Positions 1 through 12,968 of a DNA stretch of 64,000 bases are shown here, piece after piece (the stretch's first letter is position 1; each line of letters starts with the position of its first letter). This stretch comes from Octopus sinensis. Lineage: Eukaryota. The position numbers and the translations under genes are program-made. Under the pieces are notes generated by a model that worked only from the letters and a program-made list of their open reading frames with translations, did no database searches and was not told where the DNA came from. The stretch spans positions 29,078,001 through 29,142,000 of the forward strand of contig NC_043015.1 of assembly GCF_006345805.1 (NCBI RefSeq). The letters run 5' to 3'.

Positions 1-94
1 TAACGCTAACTCTAACTAACCACAAAGAACCTCCCACCATTTTCTCCACCATTGTGGCAATGTTGTTGCAGGCTCCAATCACAACCGCAATTCA

Positions 95-318
95 TTCGCT
101 CCTCCTCCTCCTCCTCCTCCTCCTCCAACTACTACTACTACTACTACTACTTTACATCCTCCTCTTCTGTCTCTGTTTCTTTTTTCTTCTTTGTTTTTTT
201 CCCTTTTTCTTATCTTCTCCATCCTCACTACTAATCATAATCTCTCCCCGCCCCCCCGCTGCTGCTACTGCTGCTACTGCTGCTACTGCTGCTACTGCTG
301 CTACTGCTGCTACTACTG

Positions 319-352
<34 letters not shown>

Positions 353-620
353 TAGTACTACTACTATAACTACAACTACTACTACTACCACCACCACCGC
401 TGCTGCCACCACTATCACCACCACCACCACTACCACCACCACCACCACCACTACCACTACCACTACTACTACTACTATTACTACTACTACTACTACTACT
501 TTACATTCTCCTCTTCTGCCTCTGTTTCTTCTTTTTCTTCTCTTTCTCCCTTTTCTCTTTCCCCATCCTCACTAAAGTCATATTCTGCCTCCTCCTCCTC
601 CTCCTCCTCCTCCTTTTCTT
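95..620. repeat. compound trinucleotide microsatellite (CCT/CTA/CTG/CCA)
   Basis: Directly visible. Confidence 0.95.
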
Positions 621-1089
621 TGTTTTGTTTGTTGTCTCCCCCCACCCCCTTTATCCACCACCCCACTCCACCCTTTATCACAAACAGAGAACTAGGTCCC
701 ATCTGTTTAAACATATTGTTAAATATTCATCTTTTAGCCTCTGTGATTTGTTTGTTTCTTTTTTCTTTGTTTGTTATTGCTGGTGGTTTGTTAGAAATTC
801 CCTGAAGAAGCAATTACCTAACAGCTGAATAATTTAAAACTAAGTCATTCAGTCCGAAAAGAGGGAGGGAAAGAAGAAAGAAAGAAAGAGAAAAAATACA
901 AAAATCCTTACTATACATTGATAAATACGATTGATTAGTTATTATAAATTTTAGATTTTAATGACATATTTTTTCTCATTTTTTTTGGTTATGTTCAAAT
1001 GCATTGGTAAATAGAGCTTGTTAGCTGGAGTCATGAAGACTGCTTTAATTTAGTTGAGTTTGTTGTTGTTACTGTTGTTACTAACTATT

Positions 1090-1444
1090 GTTGTCCTTGT
1101 TTTTGCTGTAGTTGCTGCAGTTGTTGTTGTTGTTGTTGTTGCTGTTGAGCGAACGCTGTTGAGCGAATGCTGTTGAGCGAACGGTCTTCGTCCCAGAGCT
1201 CGCAAGATGGGAGAAGTCCGAAACGTTGGTCCTTTGCTATTCGTAAGACCCGCAGAAGAGAAAGCAGGTCAACCCTCCCCGACACCGAGAGCATCGACGG
1301 ATGGATGAATGCGCATCCAGGCTCGGCGGTTGCATAGGAAGTTGGGGTCAAGAAACAGGAAGAAAGAGTGAGAGAAAGTTGGAGCGAAAGAGTACAACAG
1401 GGGTCGCCACCACCCCCTGCCGGAGCCTCGTGGAGCTTTAGGTG
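1090..1444 (-). mobile_element. SINE family B body with an alternative 3' tail ending in GTTCGCTCAACAGC x3 and (AAC)n
   Basis: Shares CACCTAAAGCTCCACGAGGCTCCGGCAGGG core with 3987-4180 and 17531-17911. Confidence 0.7.
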
Positions 1445-2155
1445 CAAGTGTCTTCTACTATAGCCTTGGGCTGACCAAAGCCTTGTGAGTGGATTTGGTA
1501 GACGGAAACTGAAAGAAGCCTGTCATATATATGTATATATATATGTATGTGTGTGTATATGTTTGTGTGTCTGTGTTTGTCCCCACAACATCGCTTGACA
1601 ACCGATGCTGGTGTGTTTACGTCCCCGTAACTTAGCGGTTCAGCAAAAGAGACCGATAGAATAAGTACTAGGCTTACAAAGAATAAGTCCTGGGGTTGAT
1701 TTGCTCGACTAAAAGGCGGTGCTCCAGCATGGTCACAGTCACGTGACTGAAACAAGTAAAAAGAGAGTAAAAGAGTATATATATACATATAATAGTGTAA
1801 TTCCGCATCCAAATCACCATTGGATCTAAGAATTGCATAACCGCATACAGACAAATCAAAAAGATGAAAAGACGTTTATCTTTTTGTCTCAAAAAAGAAG
1901 TTTTGTGAGTTTAAACAAAAGTCATTAAGATAAAAATTGTATTTTTTGTTTGCAACTGTTTGCGAATAAATGTTGAGGTGATGGGAAAATATTTTGCATT
2001 TCATGGAAACGGAGGAGTGTTGGTGAGAGAAAATTCACCTTAGCAACGGAAAAATCTACCTTGGTTAAGTTTTGACTGGCATATGCAAGCGTGGAAAATT
2101 TCACATTGAAATAATTATGATGATGTGTGTGTGCTTGTGTGTGTGTGTGTGGTGT

Positions 2156-2244
<89 letters not shown>

Positions 2245-2814
2245 TAGCGTTTGTGTTTGTCCCGATCACCACTTCTTGACAACTGGTGTTGGTTGGTTCA
2301 AAGGGTAAAAAAGGGTAAAGACCCGCTTCAGTCATCAACGAATATGAGATTGCACCTAGAAATTTACCCTCTGAGGCACAAGTTCGGGCAAGGTTGTTTG
2401 TGGGAGACCAGCAGTTGCACATGCATAGCAGCCTCCCCTCTCCATGCCACCAATGTTGCCCAAGGGTAAGACAAAGGCTGATACAGCTTGGCACCAGTGA
2501 AGTCGCAACTCATTTCTACAACTGAGTGACTTGGAACAAGGTGAAATAAAGAGTCTTGCTCAAGAACACACAACACACAACCTGGTCCAAGAATCGAACT
2601 CACTACCTCATGATTGTGAGCCTGATGCTCTAACCAACGAGCCATGCATCTTCAAATCCCCATAAATTAGTGATTCAGTAAAAGAGAGGGCGATAGAATA
2701 AGTACCAGACTTTAAAAATAACATAAGTGCAGGGGTTGATTTGTACAACTAAACAGTTCAAGGTAGTGCTCCAGCATGGCTGCAGTTCAATGACTGAAAC
2801 AAAATGAAGATATA

Positions 2815-2873
2815 TATGATGTGTATGTGTGTATATATATATATACATATATATATGTATATATATATATACG

Positions 2874-2945
<72 letters not shown>

Positions 2946-2961
2946 CATATATATACACATA

Positions 2962-2994
<33 letters not shown>

Positions 2995-3044
2995 GTATAT
3001 ATATATATACATATATATACATATATATACATATATATATATAC

Positions 3045-3075
<31 letters not shown>

Positions 3076-3174
3076 CATATATATATACATATATATACAT
3101 ATATATATATGTATATATATATATACATATATATACATATATATACATATATATATATACATATATATATATAC

Positions 3175-3205
<31 letters not shown>

Positions 3206-3356
3206 CATATATATAATACATATATATATATACATACACACACACACACCACACACACATATATATAATATATATATACACACATATATATATATATATA
3301 TATCTATATATATATCTGTATTTCTCTCTCTCTCTCAATCTCTCTCTCTCTCTCAA

Positions 3357-3403
<47 letters not shown>

Positions 3404-3405
3404 GT
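2815..3405. repeat. (TA)n/(CA)n/(CT)n microsatellite block
   Basis: Directly visible. Confidence 0.95.
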
Positions 3406-4184
3406 TTATAAACGTGTGGGAAGGGATGTATATATGTTTGTATGTTTAGTATGTATTTCTAAATTTCACATTAAGCTCAACACGAAAATTGCTTTTATAG
3501 ATTTCCAATTTGAAAACTAAATAAAACAAATATTATTGAAGGCAATATTCAGACCCAACATTAATGAGAAAATTACACAGTGTAGAATGATATTTGGCAA
3601 TGTCATATAATTTAGTAAATAGTATGGCATAATATATATAAATATATACACACACACATACATACGCACATAGTGAAAGAGAGAGAGTAGAGGAATATAG
3701 CTTTCAGTAAAATTTGTATGTGATTGGCCATTTGTAATCTCTTTTATCACATGATGCAATAACCGTCTTAATGTGGATCTTGTCATTTGAAAGTTGGGAT
3801 TAAACTGCGTGAGACTGATCTTTTGATGTGGAGAAATAGATGTGTAAATGGACATTATATAGATGCCTAAATATTTGCGTTGAGTTTATCGTCACCATCG
3901 TTATCATTGTCGTTGTCGTCATCGTCACGTCATCGTTGTCAACATTGCCATCATCATCATCATCATCAGTTGCAGCAGCATCAAGTGGAGGTGCAATGGC
4001 CCAGTGGTTAGGGCAGCGGACTCGCGGTCATAGGATCGTGGTTTCGATTCCCAGACCAGGCATTATGTGTGTTTATTGAGCGAAAACACCTAAAGTTCCA
4101 CGAGGCTCCGGCAGGGGGTGATGGCAACCCCTGTTGTACTCTCTCACTCTTTCTTCCTGTTTCTTGTCCCTGACTTCCTACACA

Positions 4185-4985
4185 ACCATAGCAAGGGGGA
4201 TCTGCACAATTAAATCAAACCCTGAAACTCACAATAAAAAACTCCAGGAACTAAAACAAGTACTACTTAAAAGACAATATCCATTAATGTTAATACACAA
4301 TGGAATAGAATGTGCCAAAGCAATAAATATTGTAGAACTACAAAAAATGCTCTGGATGCATCCAGTACTCTACCTTTTATTACAACACCCAACCCAAGAA
4401 ACACAGAGGTTTTAGAATATTATCCACCAGAGCATTTCACTACTAAAAACAAGATCCAAGAATGTAACACCCATTTGAAATACACAAAATAATCAAAAGT
4501 AAAAGACAGTCAAAGCCCCTCAAAAAATTCCTCACAAGTGTTAAATTATCTTCCTCAATTCCTGCACCAGCAGTCAAAAGGTGTGGCCACTCCAGTTGTG
4601 GGACCTGCATCAGCCTTATTGAAGACACAACATACAAATTCAAATCAGGACAGTTTTTACCATAAAAAATCCCTTTACATGTTCTTCAAGGAATTTAATA
4701 TATGCTATCAAATATCAAGGATGCAATGAAGATTATACAGGTCAAACAAAGCTTACTTTAAGAAATAGACTGACCATTCACTGACAACAAATACGAGGCG
4801 CCAGTACTAGACAGATTCCACTGAGTGGACACATAGATATATATGCAAAAAATAAGCCCCCCCATCAAATTCCTAGTCTTCCCACTCTACCTATATTCAG
4901 CGAATACAACAGAAAAAGCATGGATAAACAAAGAAAATACTTTGATACAAAAGTACAAACCAAGACTTAACAAACTTTAACAGAG
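4185..4985 (+). mobile_element. Penelope-like retroelement remnant (RT C-terminus + GIY-YIG endonuclease), frameshifted
   Basis: Fragments IARGICTI...LQELKQVLLKRQYP, LPFITTPNPRN, KRCGHSSCGTC...YKFKSG, INKEKYF..KYKPRLN resemble PLE RT-linker-GIY-YIG. Confidence 0.75.
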
Positions 4986-5002
4986 TACATGCACAAATAA
5001 CT

Positions 5003-5391
5003 GGGAAGCACTCCGTCGGTTACGACGACGAGGGTTCCGGTTGATCCGAATCAACGGAACAGCCTGCTCATGAAATTGACGTGTAAGTGGCTGAGCACTC
5101 TACAGACACATGTACCCTTAACGTAGTTCTCGGGGATATTCAGCGTGACACAGAGAGTGACAAGGCCGGCCCTTTGAAATACAGGTACAACAGAAACAGG
5201 AAGAAAGAGTGAGAGAGAAAGTTGTGGTGAAAGAGTACAGCAGGGATCACCACCACCCCCTGCCGGAGCCTCGTGGAGATTTAGGTGTTTTCGCTCAATA
5301 AACACTCACAACGCCCGGTTTGGGAATCGAATCCGCGATCCTATGACCGCGAGTCCGCTGCCCTAATCACTGGGCCATTGCGCCCCTACTT
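5003..5391 (-). mobile_element. tRNA-derived SINE (family B), full length
   Basis: tRNA-like head (GCGCAATGGCCCAGTG...TTCGATTCCC); 11-bp target duplication CACAAATAACT at 4992-5002 and 5392-5402. Confidence 0.85.
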
Positions 5392-6251
5392 CACAAATAA
5401 CTATTCACACACAAAACTCATTCTGCCACTTAACATGAGGAAGCTACATAGCTAACAACCTAAACCTTAGCCACTGGACTACATACAAACGACTCCTGTC
5501 CTCTCTCCCACCAGACAGATTAAATTTGGAGTGCCTTGATTGTAACTAAACATGTTCACTCAACTGTGTTGACCTTCTTTTTAGGTGGCTGACGATATGT
5601 GCATCTCCGATCACAAGCAGAAGTAGTGGGGGAGCATCATAGCCATGTGTTGAGAGGGATTCTTTGGGATTTGAATAATTCACCTCTGGAAACATGGGTG
5701 TTTCATTCAACATCCTTAAACAACCCTTATTCAGGGACCTTTTGAGCGGGATGGGTTACTCATCATCATCATCATCATTTAGCGTCCACTTTCCATGCTA
5801 GAATGGGTTGGACGGTTCAACTGGGGTCTGGGAAGCCAGAAGGCTGCACAAGGCCCATTCTGATCTGGCAGTGTTTCTACGGCTTGATGCCCTTCCTAAT
5901 GCCAACCACTCAGTGAGTGTAGTGGGTGCTTTTTACGTGCCACTCGCACAGGTGCCAGACAGGGCTGGCAAATGGCCATGGACGGATGGTGCTTTTTATG
6001 TGCCACTGGCACGGGGGCCAGGCGAGGCTGGCAATGGCCACGATCGGATGGTGCTGACCAGAAGAAAATTCTAACTAGGCTTCACCTGCAAGGTCATCTG
6101 CTGTTTATCTTGATATGACATCACCATGTCGTGCACATATGGTTGTGATGCATGTGCCCGGTTTACCCTCATCAGATGGTAGTCATAATGGGTATACTAG
6201 GCCTTGTATATTTTACCCCTGTGTCACTTTGATGGCATGCACTGCTATCAC

Positions 6252-6289
<38 letters not shown>

Positions 6290-7013
6290 TGATGATGATT
6301 ATAAAAATTTCCAAGTCAGTGTAAATGTTAAATTAAACCAAATATTTTGGTGATGTCAAAAGATGGAATACACGAGCTAAGAGATAGAGAGAGAAAGGGA
6401 GAGAGGGGGAAAGCAGGGAGAGAAGGGAAGTGAGAAGGAGAGAGAGAATAAGAGAGAAAATGATAGAGAGAAAGTAAGAGGGAGAAACAGAGAAAGGTAG
6501 AAAGTGAGAAAGAATAAGAAAAAGGGAGAGAGAGAGTTAGGGAGAGAGAAAAAGAGAATTACTGAGTACTTCAAAGTTAAGAATACTAACAAAAAAAAAA
6601 ACTACAGTAAAAAAAAACAAAAACAAACAAAACACAAACAACAAAATGAAAATCTCTCAGTTTCTAAGTAAACAAATGGATCGTCAGCCAGGATTAGTTG
6701 ATGTATAAAGAAAAATCATAGTTTAAAAGAAAAAAAGAAAAAGTAAGAAGAGAAAAAGTTGGTGAAAACGCTAACGAAACGATGGAGAGTTTAATTGATT
6801 ATCATTTTTATCGTTGTTTCAACAACACCTTTGATGTAACATGTTTAACAATTGTAATCAATGATTGTATATGCTATACTATGGACTGCGCTGTAATATT
6901 TCTTTCACTAATGCTTTGTTGCAATGTACGATAGGATTGTTAGCAATTTATTGACTGAAATTTTGAATTTTTAGAGACGAGACTCCCGCCTTACAATGCT
7001 ACCCCTACACCCG

Positions 7014-7594
7014 TTCATCCTTTGAGATCCTTCTTCTCGTGTTCGTATTTACCTTGTTCCCCGTGGGTGGGCCCTCACCTTCTCTCGTTTCGACTGGGGA
7101 AGCTTTGTATTCATCCTTTGAGATCCTTCTTCTGATGTTCGTATTTACCTTGTTCCCCGTGGGTGGGCCCTCACCTTCTCTCGTTTCGACTGGGGAAGCT
7201 TTGTATTCATCCTTTGAGATCCTTCTTCTGATGTTCGTATTTACCTTGTTCCCCGAGGGTGGGCCCTCACCTTCTCTCGTTTCGACTGGGGAAGCTTTGT
7301 ATTCATCCTTTGAGATCCTTCTTCTGATGTTCGTATTTACCTTGTTCCCCGTGGGTGGGCCCTCACCTTCTCTCGTTTCGACTGGGGAAGCTTTGTATTC
7401 ATCCTTTGAGATCCTTCTTCTCGTGTTTGTATTTACCTTGTTCCCCGAGGGTGGGCCCTCACTTTCTCTCGTTTCGACTGGGGAAGCTTTGTATTCATCC
7501 TTTGAGATCCTTCTTCTCGTGTTCGTATTTACCTTGTTCCCCGAGGGTGGGCCCTCACCTTCTCTCGTTTCGACCGGGGAAGCTTTGTATTCAT
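7014..7594. repeat. 96-bp minisatellite, 6 near-identical units
   Basis: TTTGAGATCC recurs at 7021, 7117, 7213, 7309, 7405 and 7501. Confidence 0.95.
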
Positions 7595-7766
7595 TTCTCT
7601 TCAGCGAAGAGGTCTGTTCTTGTCCCTCGATCATGTTTTCACATTCTTCAATACTGTATCCTTTTCAGTTGAGATGGGGGTCTGCAACAAGGGACTGGAC
7701 CTTGTAGTGGCATCCAGCCAATGTAAGCATGGAAGAGCAGATATAAAATTGAAGATGATGATGGTA

Positions 7767-7811
<45 letters not shown>

Positions 7812-8609
7812 GGAGGTCTTGCAAGTTATTTGGTGATCTCACCAGTACAAGGGACATGTAAGAAGCACCCAGTACTCTTCGTAAAGTGGTCGGCATTAGG
7901 AAGGACATCCAGCTGTAGAAATCACGACAAAGTGGGTACTGGAACTCAGTGCTGTCCACTGGTTTGTTGCTTCATAGAAAGGAGAGATGTGTGTGTGTGT
8001 TTGTTTGTTTGTGTGTGTGTGTGTTTGTGTGTGTGCGTTTGTGTGTTTGTTTGTGTGTGTGTGTGAAAGAAACACAAAACATCTCAAAATAAATACAGTA
8101 ACGAAAGGGTTAATTACTTGAGCCCTTTGCTCCCCAGGGAGCATAGGACATCAATGACTTTTCCCCACTGTTCTCAACTCTAGGCTGGTTTTTTTTTCTG
8201 TTTCTCCCTATTTGGATCCCTGCTTTTTCATCTCCCCTTCAATATCTCACTTTCATCTATACCAAGGGCATCCTCTTTCCTGCCCCCTCTAATAGGTTCA
8301 TATGTTTTCTTGAGGGAAAGCCTTCCTCTTCCACATCTTTTGATGGTTCTGCATCTTTGCTTTTTCTGTAGGAAAGGGTATTAGCCCCTTCACAAACACC
8401 TGTTTTTACATTAGGGAAGAGGTGGTCCAGATTGGTCTGGCCGCTGTCTTTTGATCTGCTCAGCATAAGGGGGCCATACAAACACCTTATACCTTGCAAG
8501 CATAGCTCTCAGGGTCATTGGGCCACACAAGCCATCCCTCTGCAACAAGGACTGGACCTTGTAGTGGCATCCAGCCTATGCAAGTATGGAAAAGCAGATA
8601 TAAAATTGA

Positions 8610-8646
8610 TGATAATGATGGTAATGATAATGAGGATAATGATGAA

Positions 8647-8681
<35 letters not shown>

Positions 8682-8684
8682 CGG

Positions 8685-8717
<33 letters not shown>

Positions 8718-8720
8718 CGG

Positions 8721-8780
<60 letters not shown>

Positions 8781-8930
8781 GGATGATGATGATGATGATG
8801 ACGACGATGATGATGATGACGATGATGACAATGACGATGATGACGATGATGACGACAATGATGATAATAATGACGATGATGATGATGATGACGACGATAA
8901 TGATGATGATGATGATAATGATAATGGTGG
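8610..8930. repeat. (GAT/GAC)n microsatellite; (CAT/CGT)n counterpart at 9507-9910
   Basis: Directly visible. Confidence 0.95.
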
Positions 8931-9167
8931 TGAATACATTTGAAGCGACTGTTACTGTGCCAGATTAAGCATCATCAAGGTTTAAGTAATATATGCAAAA
9001 CGTAAAATTAAATGAGAAATTTCTAGAGAATAATAAAATAATTTGTACTGACATTAACAAAATAAAAAAAAAAAAACAAATAAAAAAAAAGGTCTTGGGG
9101 GGGAAATCAATAAATTTTTCTTTGCTTTTTTTTTTAAAATTTTCCTTCTTGTTTACGGCATGTCAAG

Positions 9168-9247
9168 AAGGGAGATAATGATCACGACTTTTGCAGGTCA
9201 TCCACAACCGGTGAAATCGATACGGATAATGATCAGCTTCGACACTT
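9168..9247 (+). CDS. candidate upstream exon of the VWA/Cache gene (KGDNDHDFCRSSTTGEIDTDNDQLRH-L)
   Basis: Polypyrimidine tract, first AG at 9166-9167, strong donor GTAAGT at 9248, open frame ending in phase 2 (compatible with exon 18382). A second frame is also open. Confidence 0.45.
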
Positions 9248-10304
9248 GTAAGTCAATGTTTTATAGGGGAAAACTGTAGGCAGGAAGAGGATTCTCTAGC
9301 ATTAAAGCTTTGCGGGGTGGGGTTGTGGGGTGGGGGGTTTGGAGTTTTCAGTCAAGGGTAGGTGACCTTATTTTTTTAACCCTTTAGCAGTCATATCTAA
9401 CCCCCAGATATTCAAACCAGCCAAATCTGGCTTCTCACGTCTACCCTACAATGTCATTCGGAAATTAGACATCCACATCATCCAAATCTTGAAGCTAGAA
9501 GATAATACATCATCATCGTCATCGTCATCATCATTGTCATCATCATCGTCACCATCATTGTCATCATCATCGTCGTCATTGTCTTCATCATCGTCATCAT
9601 CATCGTCATCATCATTGTCATCATCATCGTCATCATCATTGTCATCATCGTCGTCGTCATCGTCATCATTATCGTCATCATCATTGTCATCATTGTCATC
9701 ATCATTGTCATCATCATCGTCTTCATCATCATCATCATCATCATCGTCATCATCATCGTCATCATCGTCGTCATCATCATCGTCATCATCGTCATCATCA
9801 TCGTCATCATCATCATCATCATCATTTTCATCATCATCGTAATCCTCCTCCTCATCATCATCATTGTCATCATCATCATCATCATCATCATCATTGTTGT
9901 CGTCATCATTATTTTATGTCTGTTTTCCTTGCTGGCATGGGTTAGATGGTCTGACGGGAGCTGGTAAGCCAGAGAACTGCACAAGGCTCCGGTCGTCTGT
10001 TGTGGTTTGGTCTCTATGGCTGGATGCCCTCCCTAATGCCCTTCCACACTTTACAGAGTCTTACTGGATGCTTTTTTTTTTCGTGTTACTGTCATTGGCA
10101 ATGACTACATTTCACTTACCTTGATGTGTTTTCCCAAGCCAAGTGAAGTCATGGATGTGACCAGTGCCATTAATTCATAAAAAGCACTCATGCCAGTGCT
10201 GGTTAATTTAAAACAAAGCATAGTTCTAAATATTAAAGGGTTAATATGCAACCAGGATTGGAAAGGAACTAAGTTTATACACTTAAGCACATGCATATGT
10301 ATGT

Positions 10305-10336
<32 letters not shown>

Positions 10337-10340
10337 TCAT

Positions 10341-10795
10341 ATAAGGGAGTCCTAAAAAGTTCCTGGCTTTGAGTAAAAGAAAATACAATTTGTGACGTAT
10401 ATTTGTCATTTAAATATGCTACTGTAGTTTGTAGCCCCAGGAGGACACCTCCTCCAGCTGGCGATAGACACACTTTCTGTGCCCTATTAGTATTTGCAAA
10501 GGGGAAGCCATCCTTCCCGTCTCCAACATATGGGTTAGCCATATTTAAATGGCAAATATACGTCACAATGTGTTGTAGCTACTGTTTATAACTCGCTTTG
10601 AGATTTATTATTAAAATACAATTTGATGATCAGATAATTATGATTTTATTCAACGTATTCCTCTCTTGGATTCATACACTTATTGCAGTGGTCCTTCAGT
10701 TTTTCTAAGCCCTGTAAAAGAACTTGGAAAGTTGGGCCCCCAACCAGGCCCTTCACGAGACCCTTAAAGTAAAGAACTTTTCAGTACCTTCTCCT
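10341..10795. mobile_element. mariner-like non-autonomous element
   Basis: Imperfect inverted ends containing AAAAGTTC / GAACTTTT, flanked by TA. Confidence 0.45.
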
Positions 10796-11263
10796 ATATG
10801 TGTTTGCATCAGAAAAAGAATTATTGACAGTCTACTTCGTAAATCATTTATTAAAACTGTAGGAGTGGCTGTGTGGTAAGTAGCTTGCTTATGAACCACA
10901 TGGTTCCCGGTTCAGTCCCACTGTGTCGCACCTTGGGTAAGTGTCTTCTACTATAGCCTCAGGCTGACCAAAGCCTTGTGAGTGGATTTGGTAGACGGAA
11001 ACTGAAAGAAGCATATTGTATATATGTATATATATATATGTGTGTATGTGGATATATATATATATATAGTCAAGTTTTGAAGGATCCGTTAATCCATTTG
11101 AATGGAATGGATTAATGGATCCTACAAGACTGGACTTTTCTTAGACTGTTGTTTTCTTCTGAAGATGGGCCATTGTGTTTGAAGTATAGACGTTTTATCA
11201 AACTTTCCGCATTGTCAGAAGCTATTTTCTCTCTTTCTACATTCTTCGATATACATACACACA

Positions 11264-11339
<76 letters not shown>

Positions 11340-11518
11340 CATATATACATATATATATATATATATATATGTGTATTGTATATACACACACATATATATA
11401 TATACATGCATACATAAATATATATATATATATATAATAATATATATATAGCATTATCTATACACACATCCACACACACACAACACACATACATATACAT
11501 TACATAATACATTATTTA

Positions 11519-11564
<46 letters not shown>

Positions 11565-12144
11565 ATACACACATACATATGTATGCTCATGTTTATATAT
11601 ATGTATGTGTGTGTGTGTGTGTGTGTGTGTGGAAGGAGGGTTTTAAACAAGTTAGTGTGGTTTATATTGAAGTTCCTTCAGTCAGTATGTAGATCATCCT
11701 GGTAGCAGTGGTGGTAAATAAAACTTCACATGAAGTTATTTAGAATAAAAATCTTTACCGTATTAGATGTTACCCCCCGACTAAATGATATGCCGTTATT
11801 TTAGAATTGGCTGTGGTATGACAGATTGATTTTTATTTCAAAACAAGTTTTTAGCAGTCTTACTGCTCAATAGAAATAAATAAATGAATAAATTAGTAAA
11901 TATAAAAAAAGAATAAATAAATAAAAGAGTTATATTGATTTATTTAAGCACTAGTAAGATATACATCAATCTGAGAGTGTGTTAGTGTGTATATGTTGTG
12001 TGTGTGCTAATGATGACATGTGTATGTATGTATGTTTGTGCATGTATATATTTAAATACACACACATACATACACACACACATACACACACACACATACA
12101 TATATATACGTGTGTAAATATGTGTGTGTGTATATATATGTGTG

Positions 12145-12185
<41 letters not shown>

Positions 12186-12239
12186 AAACACACACATATA
12201 TATATGTATATATATATAAATAAATATATATATATATAT

Positions 12240-12305
<66 letters not shown>

Positions 12306-12356
12306 TATGTATGTATGTATACATACACACATTTATGTGTGTGTGTGTGTATATAT

Positions 12357-12968
12357 ATTGGTTATCCCATAAATAATGCAGTTTTTTTCAATTACATGAA
12401 CTAAAAGTTGGAAGGGGATGGGATAAACTACCTGCATCAACTTGCCATAAAAACAGGTAGTAATTTTACCTTGTACTTCTTCTTAGTGCAAGTTTTGAAG
12501 AGTGCAGTTCGATTTGAACAGCTATTTTTTCAAAGCTATAATGGAAGTGACAAAGGAGTAGTATATTCGGCATATTTTGCTTTACGAATTCAATAAAGGC
12601 AACAATGCAACAGAGAGTGTGAGGAATATTAATGCAGAATATGGGGATTGGACAATAAGCATAAGCCAGTGTCAACGGTGGTTCCAGAAATTCTGAGCCG
12701 GAAACTACAGCCTAGATGATGAGTCTCATCCTGGAAGATCCTACAAAACCTGGTGGATCAAAATCCCATCGTAACTGTTGAAGAACTAGCAGAGAAGCTT
12801 GAATTTGGTCATTCAACCATTCACTGGCACCTGTGTGCCACCGGAAAAATCAGCAGATTAGGTCAATGGGTTCCTCACAAACTTTCCGAGTCTAATTGTG
12901 TGCAGAGAGTGAATGTGTGCGCTTCTTTGCTGTCACATCTCACAAATGAACCTTTTTTGGACCGAATA
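12357..12968 (+). mobile_element. mariner transposon 5' part (degenerate transposase)
   Basis: MEVTKE*YIRHILLYEFNKGNNATES...QCQRWFQKF...ELAEKL...GQWVPHKL (WVPHEL-type motif); ATG at 12541; stops present. Confidence 0.85.

Noticed and set aside
803-845. CTGAAGA-AGC...GCT-GAAT hammerhead-like string
   Set aside because: GAAT instead of GAAA and no stem I or III pairing.
961-1006. Possible signal-peptide exon MTYFFSFFLVMFKCI-G with GTAAAT donor
   Set aside because: T-rich intron-like composition, and its phase-1 donor does not fit the phase-0 acceptor at 9168; too weak to call.
52-3449. Long low-complexity ORFs (poly-T/V/YI etc.), and similar ones at 8.4-10, 11-12.4, 16.3-17, 20.4-21, 25.1-25.5 and 40.6-41.9 kb
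   Set aside because: Translations of microsatellites that lack stops by construction; no splice or domain support.
5425-5470. ATGAGGA-AGCTACATAGC-TAAC downstream of the Penelope ORF
   Set aside because: Both core halves deviate; may be a decayed ribozyme but cannot be supported.
7014-7594. CRISPR-like interpretation of the 96-bp array or SINE multimers
   Set aside because: Units are wholly repeated with no unique spacers, in a eukaryotic context with no cas genes.
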